From Nannocystis bainbridge (GTDB lineage: Bacteria; Myxococcota_A; Polyangia; Nannocystales; Nannocystaceae), in NCBI RefSeq assembly GCF_028368995.1, contig NZ_JAQNDL010000001.1, forward strand, positions 2,752,001 to 2,816,000: 64,000 nt of DNA. The letters are read 5' to 3'. The notes under the pieces are model-generated. The model searched no databases. It was not told the origin of the DNA and saw only the letters and a list, made by a program, of their open reading frames with translations. How positions within the stretch are numbered: the first letter of the stretch is position 1; each line of letters opens with the position of its first letter. The translations under genes and the position numbers were made by a program. Below are positions 1 through 8,230 of this stretch, one piece after another.

Positions 1-322
1 CGCGCGGCTCGAGCAGGCCGAACGAGGCCGGCGCCAGAGCGGCGAGGTCGGTGACCGCCACGAACTCGAGGTTCTGCCGACGCGGCCCGGCCATGCGCGG
101 CAGCCACAGCCGTTTTCCGGCCGCCAGCGCGGCGATCAGCAGCGGCCGGGTGTCGGGCTCGCCCTTCACGCCGACGAACGCGGCCACCGAGGTCGCCGCG
201 CGCCAGCGGGCCTCGCCCAGCACGTGCGCGCACAGCTCGGCCGAGCGGGCCGCCACGTCCTCCGGCCCGCGTTCGCGCCGCCTCGCCGCGCTGTGCGCTC
301 GAATGTCCGCCTTCGTAAGCAT
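1..322 (-). CDS. 5-formyltetrahydrofolate cyclo-ligase (partial, runs off left end)
   Basis: Own translation from ATG at 322: MLTKADIRAHSAARRR...VAAFVGVKGEPDTRPLLIAALAAGKRLWLPRM...FGLLEP, matching YgfA/MTHFS motifs (N-terminal K..R helix, E.DT, GK.L.LPR, FG..EP). Absent from the ORF track because it is truncated. Confidence 0.85.
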   Translation of the reverse strand, partial: MLTKADIRAHSAARRRERGPEDVAARSAELCAHVLGEARWRAATSVAAFVGVKGEPDTRPLLIAALAAGKRLWLPRMAGPRRQNLEFVAVTDLAALAPASFGLLEPR

Positions 323-482
323 TCACGCGCACTTACCGCGGGCGGACGCCGCTCGCAAGAAAGCAGGCCGCGTGGGGTCTCCGGCCGGGACCTGCAGCCG
401 CCGCCCGGTCGTCGCCCGGGCCCGTGGCGGATGCGCGCCGGACTTGCGGCCAGCCGCGCCCCCTGGTACACAGGGCGGCCTC

Positions 483-555
483 GCGGGAGTAACTCAGTTG
501 GTAGAGTGTCAGCTTCCCAAGCTGAATGTCGCGGGTTCGATTCCCGTCTCCCGCT
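483..555 (+). tRNA. tRNA-Gly (anticodon CCC), CCA not encoded
   Basis: GCGGGAG/CTCCCGC acceptor stem, D-loop AGTTGGTA, anticodon arm TCAGC-TTCCCAA-GCTGA, T-loop GGTTCGATTCC. Confidence 0.97.
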
Positions 556-561
556 CTCGAT

Positions 562-593
562 AGCAAGGCCCCACTCGGGGCCTTGTTTGCTTT
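562..593 (+). terminator. Intrinsic terminator after tRNA-Gly
   Basis: AGCAAGGCCCC-actc-GGGGCCTTGTT hairpin followed by a T-rich tail. Confidence 0.75.
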
Positions 594-662
594 CGGGGTC
601 GGTTTGCTCGCGGGGCTCGCCTCCGTTGACGCTCGCGGCCCGCGTGTGAAACGCTGGCGGCG

Positions 663-3059
663 ATGCTGCTGGCGTGGTTGCTCCTGCTGTCGGCGCCCGA
701 CGCGGACCGCCACGATTGTCGCGCCGGCGGGGCGCCGAGCTGCCCGCCGGGAATGACCGGACCGGCCTGCGACCTGGCCTGCGTCGGCGAGCGCTGCGAT
801 CACGCGCTGTACTGCCACGACGACGGCGACACCTACGGACTGTCGACATTCGGGGCCCGGCTGTTCACGCTGGGCCCTGGCGAGCCCGACTGGCTGGTGC
901 GGCTGCGGCTGCTGCAATTCATCGTCGCTCACCCGCGCGACCTCGGCCTGCGCGACGGGCTGCGCGCGGGCGACCTCGGCGTGGCCGAGACGCCGGTCGT
1001 GCGCCGCGAGGCCGGCGCGCTGCGGCTGCTGCGATTGCGTCAGCGCTACCGCGAATGGCCGGTGTACGGCGCCGACGCCACCTTGACGCTGATCGCCGAT
1101 CGCACCGGCGTGATCGGCATCCGCGGCGCGATCGCCGACGGCCGCGACGACTACGCCTTCGCCGCCGCGCCGGCCGCCCGCGACGTCGCCGCCGCCAGCG
1201 TGCTGGCCCACGCGGGCGCGCGCACGGGCCTCGCAGAGGGCGACCTGCGGCTGGTGAACCTGCGCCTGGTCGCGTTCCCGCGGGCGCGCGCGCTGGGCTG
1301 GGCCGCCGCGGTGTTCCACGGTCCGGCGCGGGTCGCCGACGTGGTCGTGGCCGCCGATCCGCGGGCCGCGAGCTTGCCGCTGCTGGCGTACGTCGACCCG
1401 CGCGGGGCCGGGCTCGGCGACACCGTGGCGTTCGCGGTGCGGGCCGAAGATCTGGCCAGCGACATCCACGACGCGACGATCGAGACGACGCTGGTGCCGA
1501 CCACCGGCTCGCTGGCTGACGGCAGCGTGCGGCTGGCCGACGCGCGCGTGGTGCTGATCGACGCCGCCGGGGCCACCTCGCGCGCGGAGGCGCTGGCGAG
1601 CCCGATCCACGGCCAGCAAGGCGCCGAGTTCGACGCTTACCCCGACTCGCGTGAATACGGGCTGCAGAACACCTATTCGCTGCTGCGCCGCTACTATGAT
1701 CATACCGACGCGATCTTGCACGGCCGCTGGGACAGCGCGATGCCGGCGCTGGGGCTGGAGAGCGCGCTGCCGGCGGGGCAGTTCGCGCCGCGGCTGATCG
1801 CCGCCGCCGACCCGGCCGTGCCGCTGTGCGGGGCGCAGGCCAGCTGGTGCGTGACGTCGGCCTGGGCCGGCGCGAGCGACGAGCCGCCCGAGGCGCTGCG
1901 CCACCCGCTCGGCGCCGGCCCGTACGAGGTCACCGGCGCGATGTACCTCAAGGGCACCAGCGCCTCGCCGTCGGTGCTGCCGCACGAGTTCGGCCACTTC
2001 GTCGATCTGTTCGCCGCGCCGGGCCTGATGTTCGAGCCGTTCGTGTGCATGCCGTGCGCGGCCGACTGCTACCCGGGCACCACCGACGACGTGCTGCCGC
2101 TGTCCGAGACCTACGCCAGCTTGATGGCGCTGTGGTTCTACGCCGTGCTCTACCCGGCGGCCGGGCAGGCCGATTCGTGCGTGACGCTGACGTCGCTCAG
2201 CCTGGGCGAGAACCGCAACCCGCACAACGCCGCCTGCCGACCCGGGGCCAGCGAGTTCTCGCGCTTCGTCGCCGACGACGACCCCGCCTGCGGCAACGGC
2301 GAGTCCAACTTCCCCGACCGCTGCGACTTGCCGACGCCGATCGACATCGATTTCGCCGAGGGCACCGGCCTGTGCGACCGCGGGCTCGGCTACGCGCTCG
2401 ACAGCTGGTTCCAGGCCTTCTGGGAGCTGCTGCACGGCGAGACCTGCGCGACCGCGCCGCCATACGACTGCACGCCCCTGCCCGCGCTGAGCGCCGCGCC
2501 GGCCGCCGACGCGATCGGCCGCGCGCTCCTCTACGCGGCCCAGGTGTCGAGCGCGACCTACCGCGGGTTCGCCGACGACGTCGCCACGTACGTCGCCTGC
2601 AACCACGGCGAGGCGGCCTACCTCGAGCTCAACGAGGTCCTGTGCCACCACCACATCCGCCCGTGCGACGCGCCGACGCCGGCCGTCTGCGACTTCTGCG
2701 GCGACGGGGTCCGCAGCGGCGGCGAGGCCTGCGACGGCGGCGACCTCGGCGGCCAGACCTGCGCGGACCTCGGCCTCGGCGCCGGCGACCTGACGTGCGA
2801 CGCGGCGTGTGAGTGGGTGGTCGATGGCTGCATGTCCGAAGAGACAGGCGATGACACGACCACCTCGTCGGGCGCCGAGGAGCTGCCGACCACCGGCGCG
2901 AGCGACGAGCCGACGAGCGACGCGGGCGCCACGTTCATCGTCCCACCGGCGACCGGCGGCGAGCACGGCGAGCCCGGCTGCGCGTGCGCGAGCGGCCCGG
3001 ACGGCGCGTGGTGGCTGACCGCGCTGGCGCTGCTGCGGCGGCGCCGACGCGTCGCGTGA
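663..3059 (+). CDS. Secreted zinc metalloprotease (M4/M36-like) with Cys-rich repeat and MYXO-CTERM-like tail
   Basis: Signal peptide, FTP-like propeptide (LRLRQRYREWPVYGA), HEFGH plus downstream E (LSETYA), CGDGVRSGGEACDG repeat, Thr/Ser linker, GCAC...LALLRRRRR C-terminus. Confidence 0.75.
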   Translation: MLLAWLLLLSAPDADRHDCRAGGAPSCPPGMTGPACDLACVGERCDHALYCHDDGDTYGLSTFGARLFTLGPGEPDWLVRLRLLQFIVAHPRDLGLRDGLRAGDLGVAETPVVRREAGALRLLRLRQRYREWPVYGADATLTLIADRTGVIGIRGAIADGRDDYAFAAAPAARDVAAASVLAHAGARTGLAEGDLRLVNLRLVAFPRARALGWAAAVFHGPARVADVVVAADPRAASLPLLAYVDPRGAGLGDTVAFAVRAEDLASDIHDATIETTLVPTTGSLADGSVRLADARVVLIDAAGATSRAEALASPIHGQQGAEFDAYPDSREYGLQNTYSLLRRYYDHTDAILHGRWDSAMPALGLESALPAGQFAPRLIAAADPAVPLCGAQASWCVTSAWAGASDEPPEALRHPLGAGPYEVTGAMYLKGTSASPSVLPHEFGHFVDLFAAPGLMFEPFVCMPCAADCYPGTTDDVLPLSETYASLMALWFYAVLYPAAGQADSCVTLTSLSLGENRNPHNAACRPGASEFSRFVADDDPACGNGESNFPDRCDLPTPIDIDFAEGTGLCDRGLGYALDSWFQAFWELLHGETCATAPPYDCTPLPALSAAPAADAIGRALLYAAQVSSATYRGFADDVATYVACNHGEAAYLELNEVLCHHHIRPCDAPTPAVCDFCGDGVRSGGEACDGGDLGGQTCADLGLGAGDLTCDAACEWVVDGCMSEETGDDTTTSSGAEELPTTGASDEPTSDAGATFIVPPATGGEHGEPGCACASGPDGAWWLTALALLRRRRRVA

Positions 3060-3076
3060 TCTCTCATAGACCGCAA

Positions 3077-3128
3077 GGACATGTCCACCGGGACATGCCC
3101 TTTCAACCATGTCTGAAACGACATGCCC
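3077..3128. repeat. Array of 14-bp TGTC-N6-GACA elements (4 CATG cores)
   Basis: CATG at 3080, 3094, 3108 and 3122; convergent intergenic region. Confidence 0.9.
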
Positions 3129-3165
3129 ATCGCGCCGCGCGTCGGCGCGAGCGGCTCCGCTTCGC

Positions 3166-4734
3166 TCACGCGCCGCGGCGGCGACGCAGGCCGAGCAGCG
3201 CGAGCAGGCCCCACGCAGCGCCGGCCGGGGCGCCGTCCGACTGGCACGCGCACGAGTCGTCGGCCCCGTCCGCGGGCGTGCCGTCGCTGTCGCTGCTGCT
3301 GTCGCCGGTCTCGCTGGCCGCGTCGGTCTCGCCGGTGCTCGCGTCGGTGCTCGCGTCGGTGTCGCCGTCGCTGTCGCTGTCGGTCTCGCCGGCGCTGGTG
3401 GTCGGGGCGGCCGTGCCCTCGACGGTGATGGTGATCGTGTGCTCGGCGGTCTGGTCGGCCTGGTCCATCACCAGCGCGGTCAGCTCGAAGCTGCCGGAAG
3501 GCAGGTTGCTGAGGGTGAACTCGAGCGCGGCGTTGTAGTCGACCACGTCGGCCACCAGCGCGCCGTCGTGCTTGACGAGCAGCTTCCAGCCGTAGCCGCC
3601 GTAGTCGTCCCACGGCTCGAACTTCACCGTCACGGCGTCGCCCTCCTGGAACACCGCGCCGTCCTCCGGCGCGGTGATGGCGATCTCCGGCGGCACCACG
3701 TCGGGCCCGGGCGGGGCGTAGATCGCCGACAGCGTGCGCGTGTCGTCCTGCAGCTCGCCCTCGTTGCAGTGGCACTTGTTGACCCCGACGCACGCGCCCG
3801 ACTGGCCCTGCACGGTGATGGTCGGGGTGCACTCGGCGCCGAAGCCCATGTCGATCGGGGCGTAGGTGTCGTAGCCGAACGCCATGACCCGATCGTTGCC
3901 CTCGGTGTGGCCGAGGCCCATCGTGTGGCCGATCTCCTGGCTCGCCACGTTGGCCTGGTTGCTCGTCGAGTCGTTGTTGACGAACGCGTAGCAGACGTTG
4001 CGCAGGCCGAGGTCCTCGCAGTCGGCGCCCGGAGCCACGCCGCCCGAGGGGCCGGCCACGGTGTCGCTGTAGTGGCCGCCCATCATGATCATCACGTAGG
4101 GCAGGACCTTCGGCGGGCGCGCGAGGTAGACCACGCGCAGGGCCCAGGCGGCGAAGTCGGCCTGGACGGCCTGGGCGACGGCGATCGCCCGCTCCTCGCC
4201 GCCGGTGTAGACCGGGTACTGCGAGCCGGTCTTGGCCAGCGCGGACCAGTTCTCGGCCGAGTTGTCGCCCATGCCGTTATAGAGGACGCCGCCGGTGTAG
4301 TTCATGTAGATCGTGCCGCGGCGCGGGTACTCGGTGCCGCGGCGGAACTCGCCCGGATAAACGCCGCCAGGGACGGCGTCGGGGTAGGCGCACAGGTCGT
4401 CGGCGCCGGGCCCCTCGACCTTGCTGCGCGCGACCTCGGGGCGGGCCGCGAACGGCGAGATCACCGGCGCGCCGTTGGCGACGGCCTCGGGCACGACCAT
4501 GCCGCCGAGTTGCACCCACCCGGGCGGCAAGCTGCCAGGCTCCTTCTCGACCACCGGCCGGCCCTCGTGCGCGGCCAGGTCCGCGAACGTCGCGCCCGCG
4601 TCAGGCCCGGGCAGGAGCGGCACGGCGTTGACGGCCCCGGGTCGCAGATCGAGCACGACCGGCCGCGCATCAGGGGCGTACGGGTTGGCCACCGCAGCCG
4701 CGGCGAGCGTGAGGACCAACGTGAGGCTCGACAT
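3166..4734 (-). CDS. Secreted metzincin-like protein (QExxH variant) with Ig-like domain and MYXO-CTERM
   Basis: QEIGHTMGLGH...DRVM (Met-turn), ITAPEDGAVF Ig-like segment, CACQS...WGLLALLGLRRRR tail. Confidence 0.75.
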   Translation of the reverse strand: MSSLTLVLTLAAAAVANPYAPDARPVVLDLRPGAVNAVPLLPGPDAGATFADLAAHEGRPVVEKEPGSLPPGWVQLGGMVVPEAVANGAPVISPFAARPEVARSKVEGPGADDLCAYPDAVPGGVYPGEFRRGTEYPRRGTIYMNYTGGVLYNGMGDNSAENWSALAKTGSQYPVYTGGEERAIAVAQAVQADFAAWALRVVYLARPPKVLPYVMIMMGGHYSDTVAGPSGGVAPGADCEDLGLRNVCYAFVNNDSTSNQANVASQEIGHTMGLGHTEGNDRVMAFGYDTYAPIDMGFGAECTPTITVQGQSGACVGVNKCHCNEGELQDDTRTLSAIYAPPGPDVVPPEIAITAPEDGAVFQEGDAVTVKFEPWDDYGGYGWKLLVKHDGALVADVVDYNAALEFTLSNLPSGSFELTALVMDQADQTAEHTITITVEGTAAPTTSAGETDSDSDGDTDASTDASTGETDAASETGDSSSDSDGTPADGADDSCACQSDGAPAGAAWGLLALLGLRRRRGA

Positions 4735-4905
4735 CGGACGATCGTAGTCGCGGATTGACCCTGCCCCGCGGACCGCTACGATCGCCCCGCCGTGCGCGAC
4801 CTCTCCCCCGTGCCGCGACTGCGGGCCTTCGTTTCGCGCGTCGCGTCGCGTGGGCCCGCCCCGGGGCGTTCACTCGGGCGGCGGAGCTGCGCCGCCGCGC
4901 GGCTC

Positions 4906-5481
4906 GTGAAGCTGGTCGTGGCCGTGGCGATCGTGGGCGCGTCGCTCGAGGTCCGGGCGGCCGAGCCGACGCCGGCGGCCCCGTTCCGCCGCCGCGGCGG
5001 TGAGCTGGGGCTGTTCGCCGACAGCAGCATCGCCAGCCAGTTGACGCTGGTCGGGGTCGGTCTGCGCGGCGGGTACTTCCTGCGCGAGAGCGTGGAGATC
5101 GGCGGAGAGCTGCAGGCGACGGTGCTGCTGGCGTCGCCGACCGATCCGTCGCAGCGGCCGCGCGCCGGCGATCCCACGGCGGCGTTCCGCGTCGCGCCGA
5201 TGGTGCGGTGGATCCCGCTGCGCACCGAGAGCTTCGCGGCCTATCTGCTCGCCGCCGTCGGGCCGCAGGTGCTCGGCGCCCGCGGCGGGGTGCTGGGTCA
5301 CGCGGTGGCGGCCCCCGGCGCGACGATCCACCTCGGCGGCCGCGTCTGGCTCGACCTGGCGATCCGCTTCTCGCTCAGCTTCCCCGGCGGCCGCTGCCGC
5401 GCGGCGTTCTCGGCCCCGGCGGCGCCCGGCTTCTGCGAGCTGCAATTCGGCCCGCAGATCGGCCTCCTCGCGGTTTTTTAA
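4906..5481 (+). CDS. Putative outer-membrane beta-barrel protein
   Basis: GTG start giving a signal peptide (MKLVVAVAIVGASLEVRA), amphipathic beta-strand pattern and C-terminal Phe. Start is uncertain (ORF track gives 4792). Confidence 0.5.
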   Translation: MKLVVAVAIVGASLEVRAAEPTPAAPFRRRGGELGLFADSSIASQLTLVGVGLRGGYFLRESVEIGGELQATVLLASPTDPSQRPRAGDPTAAFRVAPMVRWIPLRTESFAAYLLAAVGPQVLGARGGVLGHAVAAPGATIHLGGRVWLDLAIRFSLSFPGGRCRAAFSAPAAPGFCELQFGPQIGLLAVF

Positions 5482-5490
5482 AGAGTGGAA

Positions 5491-5601
5491 TCACATGTCC
5501 TTCGGGGCATGCTCTCCACGAGGTGCTCTCTCTCAAGGACATGTCCTCCGCGACATGTCCTCTTCAGCATGCGCGAGAGGACATGCTCCGAAGAGCATGT
5601 C
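5491..5601. repeat. Array of 14-bp TGTC-N6-GACA elements
   Basis: CATG at 5494, 5508, then 5540, 5554, 5568, 5582, 5596; convergent junction. Confidence 0.9.
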
Positions 5602-5616
5602 CCGCGCGCCAGCCGG

Positions 5617-6009
5617 CTACGCCCACGCCGGGCTGGTGAGCAGCGCCAGGCTGGCGCCGAAGCCGACGCTCCACACCAGCGAGCGGGCGTAGTGGACATC
5701 GGCGAGGTAGAGGATCGGGTAGACCAGGCGCGCGCCGATGTAGGCGAGCGCGAGGCAGTCGACCGCGCAGACCTTGGGGGCGGCCACGGTGGCCACCAGC
5801 ACGCCGGCGGCGAACAGCGGGAAGCTCTCGATCTGGTTGGCGTGGATCGCCCGGGCGCGCGCGCCCCAGCCGGTCAGGCGCTCCTGCTGGGCGCGGGGGT
5901 TGCGGTTGTCGTAGCCGCGGCCCTCGCGGGCCTGAGCGGCGGCGAGCGGGAACTTGCTGAGCGGATGGAGGAGCGCGGCGGCGAACAGGCACCAGAGGGC
6001 GACGGTCAT
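5617..6009 (-). CDS. MAPEG family membrane protein
   Basis: YDNRNPRAQ, RARAIHANQIESFPLF, RLVYPILYLAD and RSLVW motifs with hydrophobic helices; ATG at 6009. Confidence 0.9.
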   Translation of the reverse strand: MTVALWCLFAAALLHPLSKFPLAAAQAREGRGYDNRNPRAQQERLTGWGARARAIHANQIESFPLFAAGVLVATVAAPKVCAVDCLALAYIGARLVYPILYLADVHYARSLVWSVGFGASLALLTSPAWA

Positions 6010-6181
6010 GGCGCGGGACGCTATCACGAAGGCCCCGCCGCGACCTGCGGGCAAGCCCGCGTCCACGCGGTCCGCGGGGCTCTGCGAGCAACTTTGCGCA
6101 GGTGCGAGCCGGCCTGAGCAGCTCGAAGCGAACTCGACGGCGAGGCCGAACCTCGCCGCCCGAGCGCGGCGGCCTCGGCCG

Positions 6182-7993
6182 TCACATCCGCCGCGGCACC
6201 GCGATGCCGAGCACCACCAGCGTCTCGCGCAGCGCGTGCACGAACGCGTGCACGAGCAGCAGGCGCGCCTGGAGCTGCTCGCCCTCGCTCGGCTTCACGC
6301 GGCAGTTGTCGGCGTTGTAGAACCGGTTGAAGGTGCGGCACAGCTCGAACGCGTAGGTGCACACGACCGACGGCCGCAGCTGCTCGGCCGCGGCATGCAG
6401 GACCTGCGGCAGGCGGTCGAGGGCCAGCAGCAGCTCGCGCTCCTGCGGCTCCTTGAGCGCCGCGGTGATCGCCTGCAGGTCCGCCTCGCCGGCGAGGATC
6501 GCCGGGTCGAGCGATTTGCCGACCTCGCCGCACTCGCGGAGGATCGAGCCGGCGCGGGCGCCGGTGTACTGCAGGTACGGGCCGGTGTTGCCGTCGAGGG
6601 TGAGCCAGGCCGCGAGGTCGAACACGATCTTCTGGTTCACGTCGCGGTTCAGCATCCCGTACTTGATCGCGCCGAGGGCTACCATGCGCTCCGCGGCGTC
6701 GATCTCCTCCGCCGGCCACTGGCCCTCGAACTGCTGGAACCACGTCTTGCGCAGGTGCGCCGTCATCTGCTGGCGCAGGCTGCGGAACAGCACCACGTTG
6801 CCCTTGCGCCCGGCCATCGGCCCGTCGGGCAGCTCGACCATCTCGTAGGGCACGTGCTGGCAGCGCTCGGCCTGCGGGAAGCCCATCTTCTTGAGGGTGA
6901 GGAAGACGTGGCGGAAGTGGTCGCTCTGGCGCACGTCGACGACGTAGATCGAGCGGTCGATGCGGTACTCCTCGAACTTGAGGCGGGCGAGCGCGAGGTC
7001 CTTGGTCGAGTAGAGGCTGGTGCCGTCCTGCTTGCGCAGCATGAAGAACGGCATGTGCTTGACCTCGTCGTTGACGACGCCGACGGCGCCGTTGGAGACC
7101 ACGAAGACGCCCCGCTCGAGGAACTCGGCGACCAGCTTGAGGCCGGGCTCGTCGACCTCGCTCTCGAAGAACACGCGGTCGAAGCCGACGTCGCACCAGT
7201 CGTAGATCTCGGCGAACTCCTCGAGCGACCACGCGCGGGTCTCCTGCCACACCGCCATGATCTCCGGCTCGCGCGCCTCGAGGCGATGCAGGATCTCCGA
7301 CGTGCGCGCCTTGGCCTGCTGCAGCGCGCTCGCGGCCTCGACGTCGCCGGCCTGCGCCTGGTCCTCCCAGGCGTCGAGCTGATTGCTGGCGGCCGCGTAG
7401 AGCTCGCCCAGCCACTCGCCGCGGCGGTCGGCCGGCGGGGTCCGATCGTGGAGGCGATCGAGGAACCACCACAGGCACTTGGCGATGTGAGCCCCGACGT
7501 CGCCGAGGTAGTTGGCGGCCACGACGTCGTCGCCGGCCACGCGCAGCAGGCGGACCAGCGAGTCGCCGAGGCACAGGTTGCGCATGTGGCCGACGTGGAA
7601 CGCCTTGTGCGTGTTGGGCTGCGAGAACTCGATCATCACCCGCACGCCGGTGGCCGGGCGCCTCACCGGCTCGCCGCGGGCCAGGCGCGGCAGCACCAGC
7701 GCGGCGGCGCGGCCGAGGTCGAGGGTGAGGTTGACGTAGGGGCCGGTAGCGACGGCGCGCGCGAACAGGCCCGAGGGCTCGCCGAGGCTGGCGGCGATCT
7801 CGGCGGCGATCTGCGGCGGGCCCTTGCGCAGAGCCTTGGCCAGCTTGAAGCACGGGAACGCGAAGTCGCCGAGCGTCGGGTCCGGCGGGGCCGTGAGGCT
7901 GGCGGCGACCTCGTCCTCGGTGAGGCCGGCGGCGGCGGGGAGGACCGGGTGCAAGGCGCGGGCGACCGCGGCGACGAGCGAGCCAGGATGCAT
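6182..7993 (-). CDS. argS: Arginine--tRNA ligase
   Basis: N-terminal GDFAFPCF, EFSQPNTHKAFHVGHMRN (HIGH), DGTSLYSTKDLA, MAGRKGN (KMSKS-like), GPYLQY and DALR domain. Confidence 0.97.
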   Translation of the reverse strand: MHPGSLVAAVARALHPVLPAAAGLTEDEVAASLTAPPDPTLGDFAFPCFKLAKALRKGPPQIAAEIAASLGEPSGLFARAVATGPYVNLTLDLGRAAALVLPRLARGEPVRRPATGVRVMIEFSQPNTHKAFHVGHMRNLCLGDSLVRLLRVAGDDVVAANYLGDVGAHIAKCLWWFLDRLHDRTPPADRRGEWLGELYAAASNQLDAWEDQAQAGDVEAASALQQAKARTSEILHRLEAREPEIMAVWQETRAWSLEEFAEIYDWCDVGFDRVFFESEVDEPGLKLVAEFLERGVFVVSNGAVGVVNDEVKHMPFFMLRKQDGTSLYSTKDLALARLKFEEYRIDRSIYVVDVRQSDHFRHVFLTLKKMGFPQAERCQHVPYEMVELPDGPMAGRKGNVVLFRSLRQQMTAHLRKTWFQQFEGQWPAEEIDAAERMVALGAIKYGMLNRDVNQKIVFDLAAWLTLDGNTGPYLQYTGARAGSILRECGEVGKSLDPAILAGEADLQAITAALKEPQERELLLALDRLPQVLHAAAEQLRPSVVCTYAFELCRTFNRFYNADNCRVKPSEGEQLQARLLLVHAFVHALRETLVVLGIAVPRRM

Positions 7994-8070
7994 GGCCGGC
8001 GAGGGTAATCGCGCGCCGGAGCCCCTGCAACCGGGGCGCGCGCCGCGTCGGGCCGTGGTAGAAGCGGCGC

Positions 8071-8214
8071 GTGGGCAACGTCTACGCGCTCGTGGCCTTC
8101 GGGCTCCTGTGGCTGGTGCTGGCCGCGTTCTTCGTGCTGCTGATCCGCACGCTCATGATCCAGGCCCGCCGCCGCCGCGAGGGCGACCCGCGCGTGTGGG
8201 AACACGGGCTGTGA
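8071..8214 (+). CDS. Small single-pass membrane protein (47 aa)
   Basis: GTG...TGA ORF MGNVYALVAFGLLWLVLAAFFVLLIRTLMIQARRRREGDPRVWEHGL; GC-rich third positions, TM helix followed by a basic patch. Below the ORF-track cutoff. Confidence 0.65.
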   Translation: MGNVYALVAFGLLWLVLAAFFVLLIRTLMIQARRRREGDPRVWEHGL

Positions 8215-8230
8215 GCCGGCCGCCCGCCGC

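Noticed and set aside
323-482. Possible 6S RNA upstream of the 5-formyl-THF cyclo-ligase gene (common synteny)
   Set aside because: Only 160 bp, which must also hold the divergent tRNA promoter; I saw no convincing long hairpin with a central bubble. An Rfam search would settle it.
483-3059. tRNA-anchored genomic island
   Set aside because: No integrase, no repeat of the tRNA 3' end noticed, and no compositional shift.
3077-3128. Resemblance of GGACATGTCC to the p53 half-site RRRCWWGYYY
   Set aside because: Treated as coincidental: there is no evidence for a p53-like protein, and CCTG/CAGG variants show the conserved unit is TGTC-N6-GACA.
5485-5699. Short ORFs rich in HV/DM/TC/ML peptides spanning the arrays (also at 25703, 30654, 49240, 53198)
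   Set aside because: Artefacts of translating the CATG arrays; atypical codons and overlap with real genes.
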